DNA of 64,000 nucleotides from Candidatus Omnitrophota bacterium (GCA_041652815.1 JBAZGN010000002.1:238261-302260), one strand, 5' to 3'. Shown: positions 29,199 through 39,441, counted from the first letter of the stretch. Notes: a model not told the origin generated them from the letters alone. Numbers and translations are program-made.

Positions 29199-30096
29199 AT
29201 TAATAAAAAAAATTTTAGAGTTAAAGGAAGAAAAGAAAGCGCTGATTTTAGCGCACAATTATCAGATTTCCCAGATACAGGATATTGCTGATTTTGTGGG
29301 GGATTCTCTTGAGTTGTCAAAGACTTCCAAAGGAGTATCTGTTCCTTTAATTGTTTTCTGCGGAGTCAGGTTTATGGCTGAAACCGCAAAGATACTGTCA
29401 AAAGATAAAAAAGTACTTTTGCCTGCCCAAACTGCAGGCTGCCCACTTGCCGAAACCATAAACGCCAAGGATGTTTTGAATTTGCGCAAATTACACCCTA
29501 GCGCCTGGGTTGTAAGTTATGTAAACACATCTGCCGAGGTAAAAGCTGTAAGTGATGTTTGCTGCACTTCCAGTAACGCGATAAATGTGGTCAAGAATGT
29601 TCCGACAAAAGATGTAATATTCGTGCCTGATAAAAATCTTGGCTGGTGGGTGAGAAAGAATGTGCCGGAAAAAAATGTGATATTGTGGAATGGCAGTTGC
29701 TATGTGCACGAACAATTTACCTTAAATGATTTGCTTGAAGCAAGAAAGAAATTTCCCGAAGCGGAAATTATAGTTCACCCCGAATGTAAGAAGGAAATTC
29801 TTGAAAGGTGCGATTTTGTTGCCTCCACCGCAGGAATGTTAAAAAGGGCAAAGCAGTCAAACGCAAAAACAATCATTATCGGGACAGAAGAAGGTTTATT
29901 ACATAAACTGAAAAAGGAAAATCCCAACAAGCAATTTTTCTCTCTCGGGATTTCGCGGACCTGCCTAAATATGAAAAAAACAACACTGAATGAGCTCCTT
30001 ACTTCGTTAGAAAAAGAAATATACGAAATCAATCTAGAGGAAGATATTATCGAAAAAGCTGGAATTGCTTTGGAGCGAATGGTTCAATATATTTAG
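29191..30096 (+). CDS. nadA: Quinolinate synthase
   Basis: The N-terminus ...ILAHNYQ and the 301 aa length are typical of NadA. There is an 8-bp overlap with the upstream desulfurase. Confidence 0.85.
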   Translation: MDKLIKKILELKEEKKALILAHNYQISQIQDIADFVGDSLELSKTSKGVSVPLIVFCGVRFMAETAKILSKDKKVLLPAQTAGCPLAETINAKDVLNLRKLHPSAWVVSYVNTSAEVKAVSDVCCTSSNAINVVKNVPTKDVIFVPDKNLGWWVRKNVPEKNVILWNGSCYVHEQFTLNDLLEARKKFPEAEIIVHPECKKEILERCDFVASTAGMLKRAKQSNAKTIIIGTEEGLLHKLKKENPNKQFFSLGISRTCLNMKKTTLNELLTSLEKEIYEINLEEDIIEKAGIALERMVQYI

Positions 30097-30140
30097 CGCT
30101 TTACCTTCCTTATGCCCCATCTAATTTCTAATATTCAACA

Positions 30141-31214
30141 ATGAAGAAGAAAGCTAAAGTAGCAGTTGGTTTAAGCGGAGGAATCGACTCAAGTTTCGCC
30201 GCCTATCTCTTGAAAAAACAAGGCTATGATGTCTGTGGTTTTACTCTAAAATTTTATCCGCAGGATAACCGTTGCTGCGATTTGGATGGTTTATATCAGG
30301 CGCAGCGTCTCTGTAGTAAGCTTAATATACCCCACTATACGATAGATACTACGGATTTTTTTAAAAAAGAAATAGTTGATTATTTTATTACAAGCTATCT
30401 ATCAGGGCTTACTCCTAATCCCTGTTCTTTTTGTAACCGGCTGGTTAAGTTTGGATATCTTTTTGAAAAAATAAGAGCAATGGGCTTTGACTATCTTTCA
30501 ACCGGCCACTACGCCAATATAGTAAAAAGAAAAGAACATTTGTTGTTAGGGTGTGCAAAGGATACTATCAAGTCACAGGAATATTTCTTGTCATTGATAA
30601 AGCCAGAGATTCTTCCCTGTCTTATTTTTCCTTTAGGCAGGTTTACTAAAGACAAAGTAAAAAAAATAGCCAAAAAAGAAAAACTTATGTTCCAGGAGAG
30701 GAAAGAAAGCCAGGATATATGTTTTGTGAAAGAAAAACAATATTATGGTTTCATAGAAAAGATGCTCCAAGCCCCGCAGAAATATTACGGCGATATTCGC
30801 CATATAAACGGTAAAGTCTTAGGCAGGCATAAAGGCATATATTATTTTACTTACGGCCAGCGTGCGGGCCTTGGGATAAGCTGGCATGAACCATTATATG
30901 TTTTAAAGGTTGACGAGAAAGACAATTCTGTTATTGTGGGAGAAAGAAAATACCTGAGCAAAGAAAGTTTTAGCGTAAGAAACATAAATTCTTTCATCGA
31001 TTGGAAGAATTATTTTCCGGACAATAATTTAACCGATATTAAGGTAAAAATACGCTATAATTCAAAATTTTATGATTGTATTCCGGAATTAAAAGGAGAA
31101 AGAATTTTAGTTAGCCTTAAAACTGCAGCAGAAGCAGTAACTCCCGGACAAATTGCGGTTTTTTACCACAAAGATGCGGTTTTGGCCGCCGGCGTTATCG
31201 AGAAAGATGTTTAG
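30141..31214 (+). CDS. mnmA: tRNA-specific 2-thiouridylase
   Basis: The PP-loop VAVGLSGGIDSS is present. The length is 357 aa. Confidence 0.85.
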   Translation: MKKKAKVAVGLSGGIDSSFAAYLLKKQGYDVCGFTLKFYPQDNRCCDLDGLYQAQRLCSKLNIPHYTIDTTDFFKKEIVDYFITSYLSGLTPNPCSFCNRLVKFGYLFEKIRAMGFDYLSTGHYANIVKRKEHLLLGCAKDTIKSQEYFLSLIKPEILPCLIFPLGRFTKDKVKKIAKKEKLMFQERKESQDICFVKEKQYYGFIEKMLQAPQKYYGDIRHINGKVLGRHKGIYYFTYGQRAGLGISWHEPLYVLKVDEKDNSVIVGERKYLSKESFSVRNINSFIDWKNYFPDNNLTDIKVKIRYNSKFYDCIPELKGERILVSLKTAAEAVTPGQIAVFYHKDAVLAAGVIEKDV

Positions 31215-31288
31215 GATGCCAGATGCTCGATTCTCGATGCTGGATGGTAAAACGAGTATCCAGTATCGAGGGTCAGTTACGTATTATA
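31215..31288. repeat. Intergenic dyad element, family R5 (GATGCTCGA / TCGAGCATC, AAAACGAGTATC words), copy B
   Basis: It is related to 3011..3105 and, in inverted orientation, to 33600..33679. Confidence 0.6.
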
Positions 31289-32083
31289 ATGAAACTATTA
31301 CAAAAAAAATATCTTAAGCTTAAACGCCGGATAAATAATTTAGGTTCCGCGGTTATTGCGTTTTCCGGAGGCCTTGACAGTACTATTTTGGCAAAAATTT
31401 GTTTTGATTGTTTAGGAAGAAACGCTATTGCCGTAACCGCCAAATCTGCCACTTACACATCTAGCGAGTTAAAAGAAGCAACCAAGGCTGCAAAATTAAT
31501 AGGGATAAAGCATATAGTTATAGAAACTGATGAATTTAAAAATGAAAAATTTATAAATAATCCTCTAAACAGGTGTTATTGGTGTAAACGCGAATTGTTC
31601 ATTAAATTGAAAAAGTTTGCCCGCGCGTATAAAATAAAAAATATTTTAGACGGTACGAATCTTGATGATTGTTCTGATGTGCGGCCGGGATTCGCGGCAA
31701 ATAAGGAATTTAACGTAATAAGCCTTTTCCTTGAATGCGGTTTGGCTAAAAAAGATATAAGACAATTGGCTGAAAGGTTAAATATTTCCGTGAAAACATC
31801 TAACGCCTGCCTTGCCTCGCGCATACCTTTTTACGAGAAAATCACTCCCTTGAAATTGGCAAAAATAGAAAAAGCAGAAAATATCTTAAGGAAATATTTC
31901 GGAAACAAAAACATATTACGTGCGCGTGACCATGGCGGAATTTTACGCATAGAAATGGAAAATAAAGAATGGACTAAGCTTGGTAATTCTGGTATAAATA
32001 ACCTTGTAAAAAAATTGAAAAAAATTGACTACAAATATATAACCGTTGATTTGGAAGGGTATATTCCGGCAGGACTTAGATGA
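31289..32083 (+). CDS. PP-loop ATP pyrophosphatase, LarE-like/TIGR00268-type
   Basis: The PP-loop AFSGGLDST is present. Start ATG 31289 was chosen because the upstream in-frame extension runs through the repeat element. Confidence 0.6.
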   Translation: MKLLQKKYLKLKRRINNLGSAVIAFSGGLDSTILAKICFDCLGRNAIAVTAKSATYTSSELKEATKAAKLIGIKHIVIETDEFKNEKFINNPLNRCYWCKRELFIKLKKFARAYKIKNILDGTNLDDCSDVRPGFAANKEFNVISLFLECGLAKKDIRQLAERLNISVKTSNACLASRIPFYEKITPLKLAKIEKAENILRKYFGNKNILRARDHGGILRIEMENKEWTKLGNSGINNLVKKLKKIDYKYITVDLEGYIPAGLR

Positions 32084-32297
32084 AATACACAGACGATCAC
32101 AGATTGGAAAGCAGATTATCACAGATAGACTTGCGTTAATCGGTTGCGGTTACGCCGCTTGTATCGGTTGCGTTAATCGTCAATCGTCTTTTTGGACGCA
32201 ACCGAATAACGAACGATGAGATAAGCTCGCCCGCCAAAGGCGGGCAGGCAACCGATGGACGGAAGACGATATACCAAGTGTATTAAGGAGGATAAAG
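32084..32297. repeat. Intergenic dyad element, family R4, copy B
   Basis: It contains CTCGCCCGCCAAAGGCGGGCAGGC (the reverse complement of the copy A hairpin) and CAACCGATGGACGGAAGACGATATACC. Confidence 0.7.
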
Positions 32298-32912
32298 ATG
32301 AAAAGATTTGATTTTGCTGCGATTATATTTTCGTTAAGTATTGTCCTAGTTGGTTGTTCGAATGCACCTACTGAAGTTATGATTGATAGTTTCGAGGGGC
32401 CGCTGACAAAGGAAACAGTTGATTACGGAGCCGCAGAAGGCTCTTTTCTAAAAGTAGAAGCTGATACCAATATCAAGATATGCGATATGCAGTCGCTCAA
32501 AATAGAGTATGAATTAAAACCTTCCGGCTATATGTGGATAGCGCGTGGGTATAATCTTGATGTAAAAGGCGCAGCTAAATGGAATGTTTTGCCTGAAAAT
32601 ATAAAATGGCGTAGCTTTAACGCTATAAGTTTACAGATGTACGGCACAAATAGCGGCGGGGTGGTTGCCTTTGACATTAAAGATAAAGGCGGAGAAATCT
32701 GGCGATACATAATTGACGATGATTTTACCGGATGGAAAGAAATAACCTGCAAGTTTAAGGATTTTTTTGTCCGCAAAGATTGGCAGCCGGATAGCGCAAC
32801 TAAAAATGAGACAATAGATTTTCCGATTATGAGTTTCCAGTTTGAACCGCGCCTTCCGGGAAAGGGTATTTACTATTTTGATTGCATAAAGGTTGTCAGG
32901 GCAAAGAAATAA
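32298..32912 (+). CDS. Hypothetical lipoprotein (lipobox LVGCS)
   Basis: A signal peptide with a Cys lipobox is present. There is a strong RBS AAGGAGG. Confidence 0.45.
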   Translation: MKRFDFAAIIFSLSIVLVGCSNAPTEVMIDSFEGPLTKETVDYGAAEGSFLKVEADTNIKICDMQSLKIEYELKPSGYMWIARGYNLDVKGAAKWNVLPENIKWRSFNAISLQMYGTNSGGVVAFDIKDKGGEIWRYIIDDDFTGWKEITCKFKDFFVRKDWQPDSATKNETIDFPIMSFQFEPRLPGKGIYYFDCIKVVRAKK

Positions 32913-32915
32913 GCC

Positions 32916-33599
32916 ATGAGCATTAAAAACAGATTGAAGAGATGGTTTAAGCTCAGATTTTTCGTAACTTATCCTTTCGGTTTATTTGTTTTATTTTTCT
33001 GCAGCCCCACTACGGAATCTTTTAACTCCGGCATTTGGTTTGTGATTGCGGGTTTAATTATGCGGCTTTGGGCAAATGGTTATGCTATCAAGACGCATAA
33101 ACTTACAACTTCAGGGCCTTATTCTATTGTGCGTAACCCTTTATATCTTGGCACGATGCTGATTGCGATAGGTTTTATGATACTGTTAGATACTTCTTAT
33201 GTGGGATTAGTTTTTATAATAATTATGGCAGCAGTATATTACCGTACTATCAGATACGAAGAGCGGGCATTGACGGAAAAGCACGGAAAAATTTATCTTG
33301 ATTATAAAGATAAAGTGCCGATGATATTGCCTACTTTTTTCAGGTATAAAAAAGGTGAAAAGTGGCCGTTTAGCTTTAAACGCATAATTGAAAATAAAGA
33401 ATATAAACTTTTTATATGGGTAATTAATATTACGATAATCTTTAGATTAAAAGGGTACTTCTTAATAGACCATGAAAGCATAGATGCAAAGAAATGGTTT
33501 CTCATTGCTTTATTTATAATTTTAGCCGCTATAGACATCGGCGGAGAAATCTTTAAGTGGAATAAGAAAAGAGCGAAGAGAATGGGGAACACACAATAG
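32916..33599 (+). CDS. Isoprenylcysteine carboxyl methyltransferase/phospholipid methyltransferase-family membrane protein
   Basis: The family motif GPYSIVRNPLYLG...YEERAL is present, along with multi-TM topology and a C-terminal extension. Confidence 0.55.
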   Translation: MSIKNRLKRWFKLRFFVTYPFGLFVLFFCSPTTESFNSGIWFVIAGLIMRLWANGYAIKTHKLTTSGPYSIVRNPLYLGTMLIAIGFMILLDTSYVGLVFIIIMAAVYYRTIRYEERALTEKHGKIYLDYKDKVPMILPTFFRYKKGEKWPFSFKRIIENKEYKLFIWVINITIIFRLKGYFLIDHESIDAKKWFLIALFIILAAIDIGGEIFKWNKKRAKRMGNTQ

Positions 33600-33679
33600 A
33601 TGCCCGATACTAGATTCTAGATACTCGTCGTTTTTATCACGGGCATCTAGCATCAAGTATCTAGAATCTATTTAGTAAT
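33600..33679. repeat. Intergenic dyad element, family R5, copy C (inverted)
   Basis: It runs GATACTAGATTCTAGATACTCGTCGTTTTT...CATCTAGCATCAAGTATCTAGAATCTA. Confidence 0.55.
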
Positions 33680-34870
33680 ATGACATACGATATCGCAATA
33701 ATCGGAGCCGGCCCCGCAGGTTTAACTGCCGCAATAAATGCTGCTTCTTTAAGAAAAAGCATAATTCTGCTTGAGAAACAAAATTCAGTTGGGAGAAAAC
33801 TTTCTGTCTGTGGTGCAGGTAGGTGTAATTTTCTTAATGAGAAACTTGATGAAAGCTTCTACAATAACGCAGCCCAAAAACTTGTGAAGTCGGTTTTTGG
33901 CCAATTTGGAAAGAACGAGATACTTGAGTTTTTCGATAAGCTCGGGCTTAAATATTATTCAGACCAAGGGCGTTTTTTTCCTGTTACTAACCAATCAGCT
34001 TCGGTTTTAAAAGTATTGGAAATTTGGCTTAAGAAACTTATGGTTCCTGTTGAACTAGGGTTTGAAGTGGTTGAGGTAACTAAAAATAAAGATGGTTTTC
34101 TTATAAAATCAAAGGCTTCGCAAAAAATAAGTTGTAAAAAAATCATATTTGCAACAGGAGGCAAGGCTTATCCTGCTTTAGGTTCAAGCTTAAGCCTTTA
34201 TGATGTAGCAGCTAAATTTGGCCACTCAATAATTACTCCTGTGCCGGCTGCTGTACCTTTAGTTGTCAAAGGCCCCTTTTGCCATTTTTTGCAGGGGCAA
34301 AAAATATATGCAAAAGTAAAGTGTGTAATTGATAATAAAATGACTGCGCAAGCCAACGGAGAAATGCTTTTTACCAAATACGGCTTATCCGGCACAGCAA
34401 TACTCGATATAAGCGAGGAAGCATCTATTGCCATAAACCGGTATAGCAAAAATGTAAAGATAGAAGTAGATATGGTGCCTTTTATCGACAAGGAAAAGCT
34501 GGAATCGGAATTAACTAAAAGAATAAATAATGGATTTAACGGCGAAGATTTAATTGCAGGAATATTGCCGAATAAATTCGTGAAAGTATTAAAAGATTTG
34601 CTTGAGGAAAAAAATATCAAGGCATTACCATCTGTTCTTAAGGGAAAAATTTTTGATGTGCTTGGTACGAGAGGTTGGAATGAAGCAGAATTTACATCCG
34701 GCGGGATAAATACTGACGAAGTAGATGAAAAAACTCTTGAGTCAAAACTGATAAAAGGCTTATATCTGGCAGGTGAGATTTTAGATGTAACCGGCAGCCG
34801 CGGAGGATATAATTTAGCCTGGGCCTGGGCTTCCGGATATTTAGGTGCAAAATATGCAGCAAATGCGTAA
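33680..34870 (+). CDS. HI0933/BaiN-like FAD-dependent flavoprotein
   Basis: The N-terminal Rossmann motif is DIAIIGAGPAGLTAA. The ~400 aa length fits. Confidence 0.7.
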   Translation: MTYDIAIIGAGPAGLTAAINAASLRKSIILLEKQNSVGRKLSVCGAGRCNFLNEKLDESFYNNAAQKLVKSVFGQFGKNEILEFFDKLGLKYYSDQGRFFPVTNQSASVLKVLEIWLKKLMVPVELGFEVVEVTKNKDGFLIKSKASQKISCKKIIFATGGKAYPALGSSLSLYDVAAKFGHSIITPVPAAVPLVVKGPFCHFLQGQKIYAKVKCVIDNKMTAQANGEMLFTKYGLSGTAILDISEEASIAINRYSKNVKIEVDMVPFIDKEKLESELTKRINNGFNGEDLIAGILPNKFVKVLKDLLEEKNIKALPSVLKGKIFDVLGTRGWNEAEFTSGGINTDEVDEKTLESKLIKGLYLAGEILDVTGSRGGYNLAWAWASGYLGAKYAANA

Positions 34871-35438
34871 AATAATTTTGGCTTCAAAATCAAAAGCAAG
34901 AAAAGATTTGCTTAAAGGAATAGGGCTTAAGTTTTCTGTTTATGTTTCCGGGGCCAAAGAAACCCATAGCTTAAGCAAAGGCTGCCATCATCTTGTTGTA
35001 AAAAACGCACTCATAAAAGCGAGAGATGCGGCAAAAAGGTTTAACGCAGGCGTAGTTATAGCCGCAGATACGGTTGTTTTAGCAAATAATAAAATAATTG
35101 GAAAACCCAAGAATTTGAATGAGGCATTTAAAACGCTTAAAACTATTTCAAAGAAACCGCAATGGGTTTATACGGGACTTGCCGTAATTGACATAGATAA
35201 AAATAAAATATTTACGGATTACGAAAAAACAAAGATTTATATGCTAGCTTTAAGCGATAGGCAGATAAGAAATTATTTTAAAAAAGTTTCTCCTTTGGAT
35301 AAGGCCGGAAGTTTTGATATCCAGGGGCTGGGGGGCATATTTATTGACCGTATTGAAGGTTGTTTTTATAATGTAGTAGGGCTACCGCTTGCTAAATTAG
35401 CAAAGCTGCTTAAAAAGGCAGGAATTGAGATATTCTGA
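34863..35438 (+). CDS. maf: Maf-family nucleoside triphosphate pyrophosphatase
   Basis: The N-terminus is MRKIILASKSKAR. It has an ATGCGTAA overlap with the upstream gene. Confidence 0.8.
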   Translation: MRKIILASKSKARKDLLKGIGLKFSVYVSGAKETHSLSKGCHHLVVKNALIKARDAAKRFNAGVVIAADTVVLANNKIIGKPKNLNEAFKTLKTISKKPQWVYTGLAVIDIDKNKIFTDYEKTKIYMLALSDRQIRNYFKKVSPLDKAGSFDIQGLGGIFIDRIEGCFYNVVGLPLAKLAKLLKKAGIEIF

Positions 35439-35543
35439 TAGAGAACAGATAGCAGAGTACAGAGAACAGAGAAAAAATAAGAGAGTTTGTTCTGTAATCT
35501 GTACTCTGTTTTCTGTACTCTTTCCGAGCGTAGCGAGGAAAAC
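35439..35543. repeat. Intergenic dyad element (ACAGAG / CTCTGT words)
   Basis: GAGAACAGATAGCAGAGTACAGAGAACAGAG lies opposite CTGTAATCTGTACTCTGTTTTCTGTACTCT. Confidence 0.55.
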
Positions 35544-36446
35544 ATGAAACATTTTCACAGGCCAAAACAAACACTATCTGCTGCGGATGAGCTTTTTGAG
35601 TATAAGTCTCTTGAGAAAAAAAAGCTAAAAATAGCCGCTGCAATAACCTGCATTACTATGCTTGTTGAAATAATCGGCGGCATATTTACCAATAGTTTGG
35701 CTTTAATAAGCGATGCCGGGCATATGTTTACGCATTTTTTTGCACTGGCAATAAGCGGTGCTGCGCTTGTCTGTGCCGACAGGCCGGTGTGCCACCACAG
35801 AACCTTTGGTTTTTATAGAATAGAAATTTTGGCTGCGTTTTTTAACAGTATATTTATCTTTGCGGTAACGGCTTGGATTTTTATTGAAGGCGTGCATAGA
35901 ATCATCCAGCCTAAGACAATAATAGGCTTTGAAATGTTTATTATTGCCGTGATAGGCTTGGTAGTAAATTTGATAACGGCATGGATTCTTCATGGAGCAG
36001 CTAAAGAAAGTTTGAATATAAAAAGCGCATTTGTGCATATGCTTGCGGATACATTTTCATCGGTTGCAATAGTTATAGGCGCAATAGTAATTTATTTTAC
36101 AAAATGGAATATAATTGACCCCATTTTAAGTATTGCTATAGCTTGTGTAATTTTAATTTGGGGCTGGGGGCTTTTTAGGGATTCTGCCAATATACTTCTT
36201 GAGGCAGCTCCTAAAGGTATAGACAGCGATAAGGTACGTACAGTGCTTATGGAACAAGTAAAGGAAATAGAGGAAATAACCGATATGCACATTTGGGAAA
36301 TAACTTCAAAAATGTATTCAATGACTGCACACATTAAAATAAAAGGCGATGAAAAATGCGTGGATGTTAAGAAAATACTTGGCCGCATAAAGCAGATTGT
36401 AAACGATGAATTTGACATTGAGCACACAACTATTGAGCTTGATTAA
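35544..36446 (+). CDS. Cation diffusion facilitator (CDF) family metal efflux transporter
   Basis: It has six TMs with HxxxD-type motifs (HMFTHFF, HMLAD) and a C-terminal cytoplasmic domain. Confidence 0.8.
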   Translation: MKHFHRPKQTLSAADELFEYKSLEKKKLKIAAAITCITMLVEIIGGIFTNSLALISDAGHMFTHFFALAISGAALVCADRPVCHHRTFGFYRIEILAAFFNSIFIFAVTAWIFIEGVHRIIQPKTIIGFEMFIIAVIGLVVNLITAWILHGAAKESLNIKSAFVHMLADTFSSVAIVIGAIVIYFTKWNIIDPILSIAIACVILIWGWGLFRDSANILLEAAPKGIDSDKVRTVLMEQVKEIEEITDMHIWEITSKMYSMTAHIKIKGDEKCVDVKKILGRIKQIVNDEFDIEHTTIELD

Positions 36447-36509
36447 TTTGAACAAAATAAGATAATGTAATAAGGTATAATTTATTAATTATTAAAAAGG
36501 ACAACAAAC

Positions 36510-37370
36510 ATGTGGGATTATTCGGAAAAAGTAAAAGAATTCTTTAAGAACCCTCTTAATGTCGGCGAAATAGAAAATCCTGATGCAATAGGGGAAGTTG
36601 GTAGTATCATTTGCGGTGATGCCCTCAAGTTAACTCTACGTATAGATAAAAAAACAGAAAAGATAATTGATGCAAAATTTAAAACCTTTGGTTGCGCCAG
36701 CGCAATTGCATCGTCATCAGCCTTAACCGAAATTATTAAAGGAATGACCATCGATGAAGCCTCTAAAGTTACTAACCAGGATATCGCTGATTATCTTGGC
36801 GGGCTTCCTGAAGAGAAAATGCATTGTTCGGTTATGGGAATGGAGGCGCTTGAGGCTGCTATTGCAAATTACAGGGGAGCCCCGGCAAAAAAAGAAATGA
36901 TTGGCGAAGAGAAAATAGTATGCAAATGTTTTAGCGTAACCGACCAGAAAATAATACGTGCTATAAAGGAAAATAACCTAAAAACAGTTGAAGAAGTTAC
37001 CCATTATACCAAAGCCGGAGGCGGATGCGGAAAGTGTAAGCCGCAGATACAAAGCCTTCTTAATGAATTTTGGGAGAAGGAAGAAACAAAAGTTATCCAG
37101 CATAAAGAGGCGCCTAGAAAGAAAACGCTTACCAATCTCGAAAGAATATCTCTTATTAAAGAAACAATGGAAAGAGAAATCAGGCCTCAGCTTAAAGCTG
37201 ACGGCGGTGATGTTGAGCTGGTTGATGTGGATAGAAATAAAGTTTATGTAAAATTCTTAGGCGTATGTTTAGGGTGCCCTTCCGCCGGGATTACGCTAAA
37301 AGAATTAGTCGAAGCCCGGCTGCGGGAATTTATTGATAGCGACATAGTAGTTGAGGAAATTAAAGAATGA
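36510..37370 (+). CDS. nifU: NifU (N-terminal IscU-like scaffold + BFD-like [2Fe-2S] + C-terminal NifU domain)
   Basis: The IscU motifs are GCASAIASS and HCSVMG. The BFD-like segment is CKCFSV...CGKC. The C-terminal motif is CLGCPS. Confidence 0.8.
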   Translation: MWDYSEKVKEFFKNPLNVGEIENPDAIGEVGSIICGDALKLTLRIDKKTEKIIDAKFKTFGCASAIASSSALTEIIKGMTIDEASKVTNQDIADYLGGLPEEKMHCSVMGMEALEAAIANYRGAPAKKEMIGEEKIVCKCFSVTDQKIIRAIKENNLKTVEEVTHYTKAGGGCGKCKPQIQSLLNEFWEKEETKVIQHKEAPRKKTLTNLERISLIKETMEREIRPQLKADGGDVELVDVDRNKVYVKFLGVCLGCPSAGITLKELVEARLREFIDSDIVVEEIKE

Positions 37371-38524
37371 AAACCGTATATTTAGATAATAATGCAACAA
37401 CTTGCGTAGCACCCGAAGTATTTGGAGCAATGCAGCCATTTTTAACCGAAAACTATGGAAATCCTTCCAGTATGCATACTTTTGGCGGAAAGATAAAAAA
37501 GAACATAGATAGCGCAAGGGAAAGTGTTGCTGACCTAATAGGCGCAAACGATGTAAATGAAATAATATTTACAAGCTGCGGTACAGAAAGCGATAACACC
37601 GCTATAATTGGGACATTAAGGTCTTACCCCGACAAAAAACATATCATAACCACAAAAGTAGAGCACTCGGCAGTACTTAGCCTTTGTAAATATCTTGAAA
37701 CGCAGGGTTATAGAATTACGTATCTTGATGTTGGCAGCGACGGGCTGCTTGATTTAAACGAGCTCAAAAGCGCAATCGATTATGATACTGCAATGATTTC
37801 TATAATGCATGCAAATAATGAGACAGGTGTGCTTTTTCCGATAGACGAGATTGCTGAGATTGCAAGGTTGAGAGGAGTAGTTTTTCATACAGACGCAGTA
37901 CAATCTGTAGGAAAAATAAATTTGGACATGAAAAAAATTCCGGTAGATTTTTTATCTTTATCAGGGCATAAGCTCCATGCGCCAAAAGGCGTGGCAGCTT
38001 TATATGTCCGTAAAGGTACAAGGTTTTCCCCGTTTTTAATCGGAGGCCATCAAGAGCAGGGTAGGCGCGGTGGCACAGAGAATGTTGCCTCAATAGTTGG
38101 TTTAGGTGTTGCCTGTGCACTTGCCCAAAAAAATATGGATGAAGAAATTACCCGCGTTAAAAACTTGCGTGATAAACTGGAAAACGGAATTGTAGAAAAA
38201 ATTTCCAACGTCCGTGTGAATGGGCATAAAGAATTACGCCTGCCAAATACAACCAATATAGGTTTTGAATTTATAGAAGGTGAATCTATCCTGCTTAAGC
38301 TTGATGAAAAAGGCATCGCCGCGTCATCCGGCTCAGCCTGCACTTCAGGTTCGCTTATGCCTTCCCATGTTCTACGCGCAATGGGTATACCATTTACCTT
38401 TATACAGGGTTCGATAAGGTTTAGCCTTTCCCGCTATAACGGGGAAGAGGATATCGACTATACTATCGAGCATCTACCTTCAATTATAAAACTTCTGCGA
38501 GAAATTTCTCCCTACGGAAAGTAA
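37367..38524 (+). CDS. nifS: Cysteine desulfurase NifS
   Basis: The PLP-lysine SGHKLHAPKG and active-site SSGSACTS are present. It is coupled to nifU. Confidence 0.85.
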   Translation: MKTVYLDNNATTCVAPEVFGAMQPFLTENYGNPSSMHTFGGKIKKNIDSARESVADLIGANDVNEIIFTSCGTESDNTAIIGTLRSYPDKKHIITTKVEHSAVLSLCKYLETQGYRITYLDVGSDGLLDLNELKSAIDYDTAMISIMHANNETGVLFPIDEIAEIARLRGVVFHTDAVQSVGKINLDMKKIPVDFLSLSGHKLHAPKGVAALYVRKGTRFSPFLIGGHQEQGRRGGTENVASIVGLGVACALAQKNMDEEITRVKNLRDKLENGIVEKISNVRVNGHKELRLPNTTNIGFEFIEGESILLKLDEKGIAASSGSACTSGSLMPSHVLRAMGIPFTFIQGSIRFSLSRYNGEEDIDYTIEHLPSIIKLLREISPYGK

Positions 38525-38589
38525 AAAAGCATACCAGTATTAAGTTTTATCATCTAATCAGCTTCCTTTAAAAATTTTCTAAAATAGCC

Positions 38590-38618
38590 TTGACATCTAT
38601 TAAAATATATTGTATACT
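38590..38618 (+). promoter_or_regulatory. Sigma70-like promoter TTGACA-N17-TATACT upstream of the Rrf2 regulator gene
   Basis: Consensus -35 and near-consensus -10 elements sit at ideal spacing in an AT-rich UP-like context. Confidence 0.45.
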
Positions 38619-38660
38619 CTACTAAGTTTATAGAGATAGTATAAATAAGAAGGAGAAAAG

Positions 38661-39101
38661 ATGAAAATAACTTATAAAGGTGATTATGCGCTAAAGGCAG
38701 TTTTGGTTTTATCTGTAAGGTATGGCAGTGGTGTTGTGACTATCCATGACTTGGCAAAAGAGGCAGATATCCCGATAAAATTTCTCGAGCAGGTGCTTTT
38801 AGAGCTTAAAAGGGGCGGGTTTGTCGAGAGCAAAAGGGGTAAAATCGGAGGATATCTTTTAGCCAAGCATCCAGCTGAGATAAAAATAGGGGATGTGGTT
38901 AGGTTTGTTGATGGTCCGATTGAGCCGATAACTTGCGTAGAGAAAGATTATTCCGGTTGTCGAGACGTTTATAAGTGCGCATTTCGCGGTATATGGCAGG
39001 ATGTCTCAAGAGCAATCAGCGGTATAATTGATAACATTACATTTGATGACTTAGCCAGCCAGACAAAGAAACGGCAGGAAGTGTGTTCATATTCAATATA
39101 A
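38661..39101 (+). CDS. Rrf2-family transcriptional regulator (IscR/CymR-like)
   Basis: The N-terminal wHTH is MKITYKGDYALKAVLVL. The C-terminal Cys residues are present. The length is 146 aa. Confidence 0.75.
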   Translation: MKITYKGDYALKAVLVLSVRYGSGVVTIHDLAKEADIPIKFLEQVLLELKRGGFVESKRGKIGGYLLAKHPAEIKIGDVVRFVDGPIEPITCVEKDYSGCRDVYKCAFRGIWQDVSRAISGIIDNITFDDLASQTKKRQEVCSYSI

Positions 39102-39134
39102 AATAAAATGGTAATTAGTCAGTTGGAATAAAAG

Positions 39135-39323
39135 ATGGATAAGAATAAGACCGATAAAAATATTGTTAATGATGCAATAATAAAAGATATAAGTGATTCG
39201 GTCCATAATTTGAAATATGGTACTGTAACTATAACTGTTCATAACTCAAAAATAGTTCAGGTGGAAGTTGCCCAAAAAAATCGTTTTGATGATGTTTGGT
39301 TAATTGAAGGAGGTGGGATATAA
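39135..39323 (+). CDS. YezD-like small protein (DUF2292)
   Basis: The motif KYGTVTITVHNSKIVQVE is present. Its position after an Rrf2 regulator is typical. Confidence 0.5.
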   Translation: MDKNKTDKNIVNDAIIKDISDSVHNLKYGTVTITVHNSKIVQVEVAQKNRFDDVWLIEGGGI

Positions 39324-39441
39324 AATAAAAAAGTTTTTCTTAACCGGACAATCCGGACAGTATTTATAATAAATATGCATATGTAGCAGGTATTACCGGT
39401 CAACTGGATAGTCTTGCTGAAAAGATTTAGGAGGCTATCCA

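Noticed and set aside
31223-31288. N-terminal extensions given by the ORF track (e.g. larE-like 31223, maf 34845, CDF 35487, DtxR-like 46390, metX 42704, thiM 48995, 57590)
   Set aside because: The extensions read through intergenic repeat elements or lack an RBS. Internal ATGs with good RBS and family-typical N-termini were preferred.
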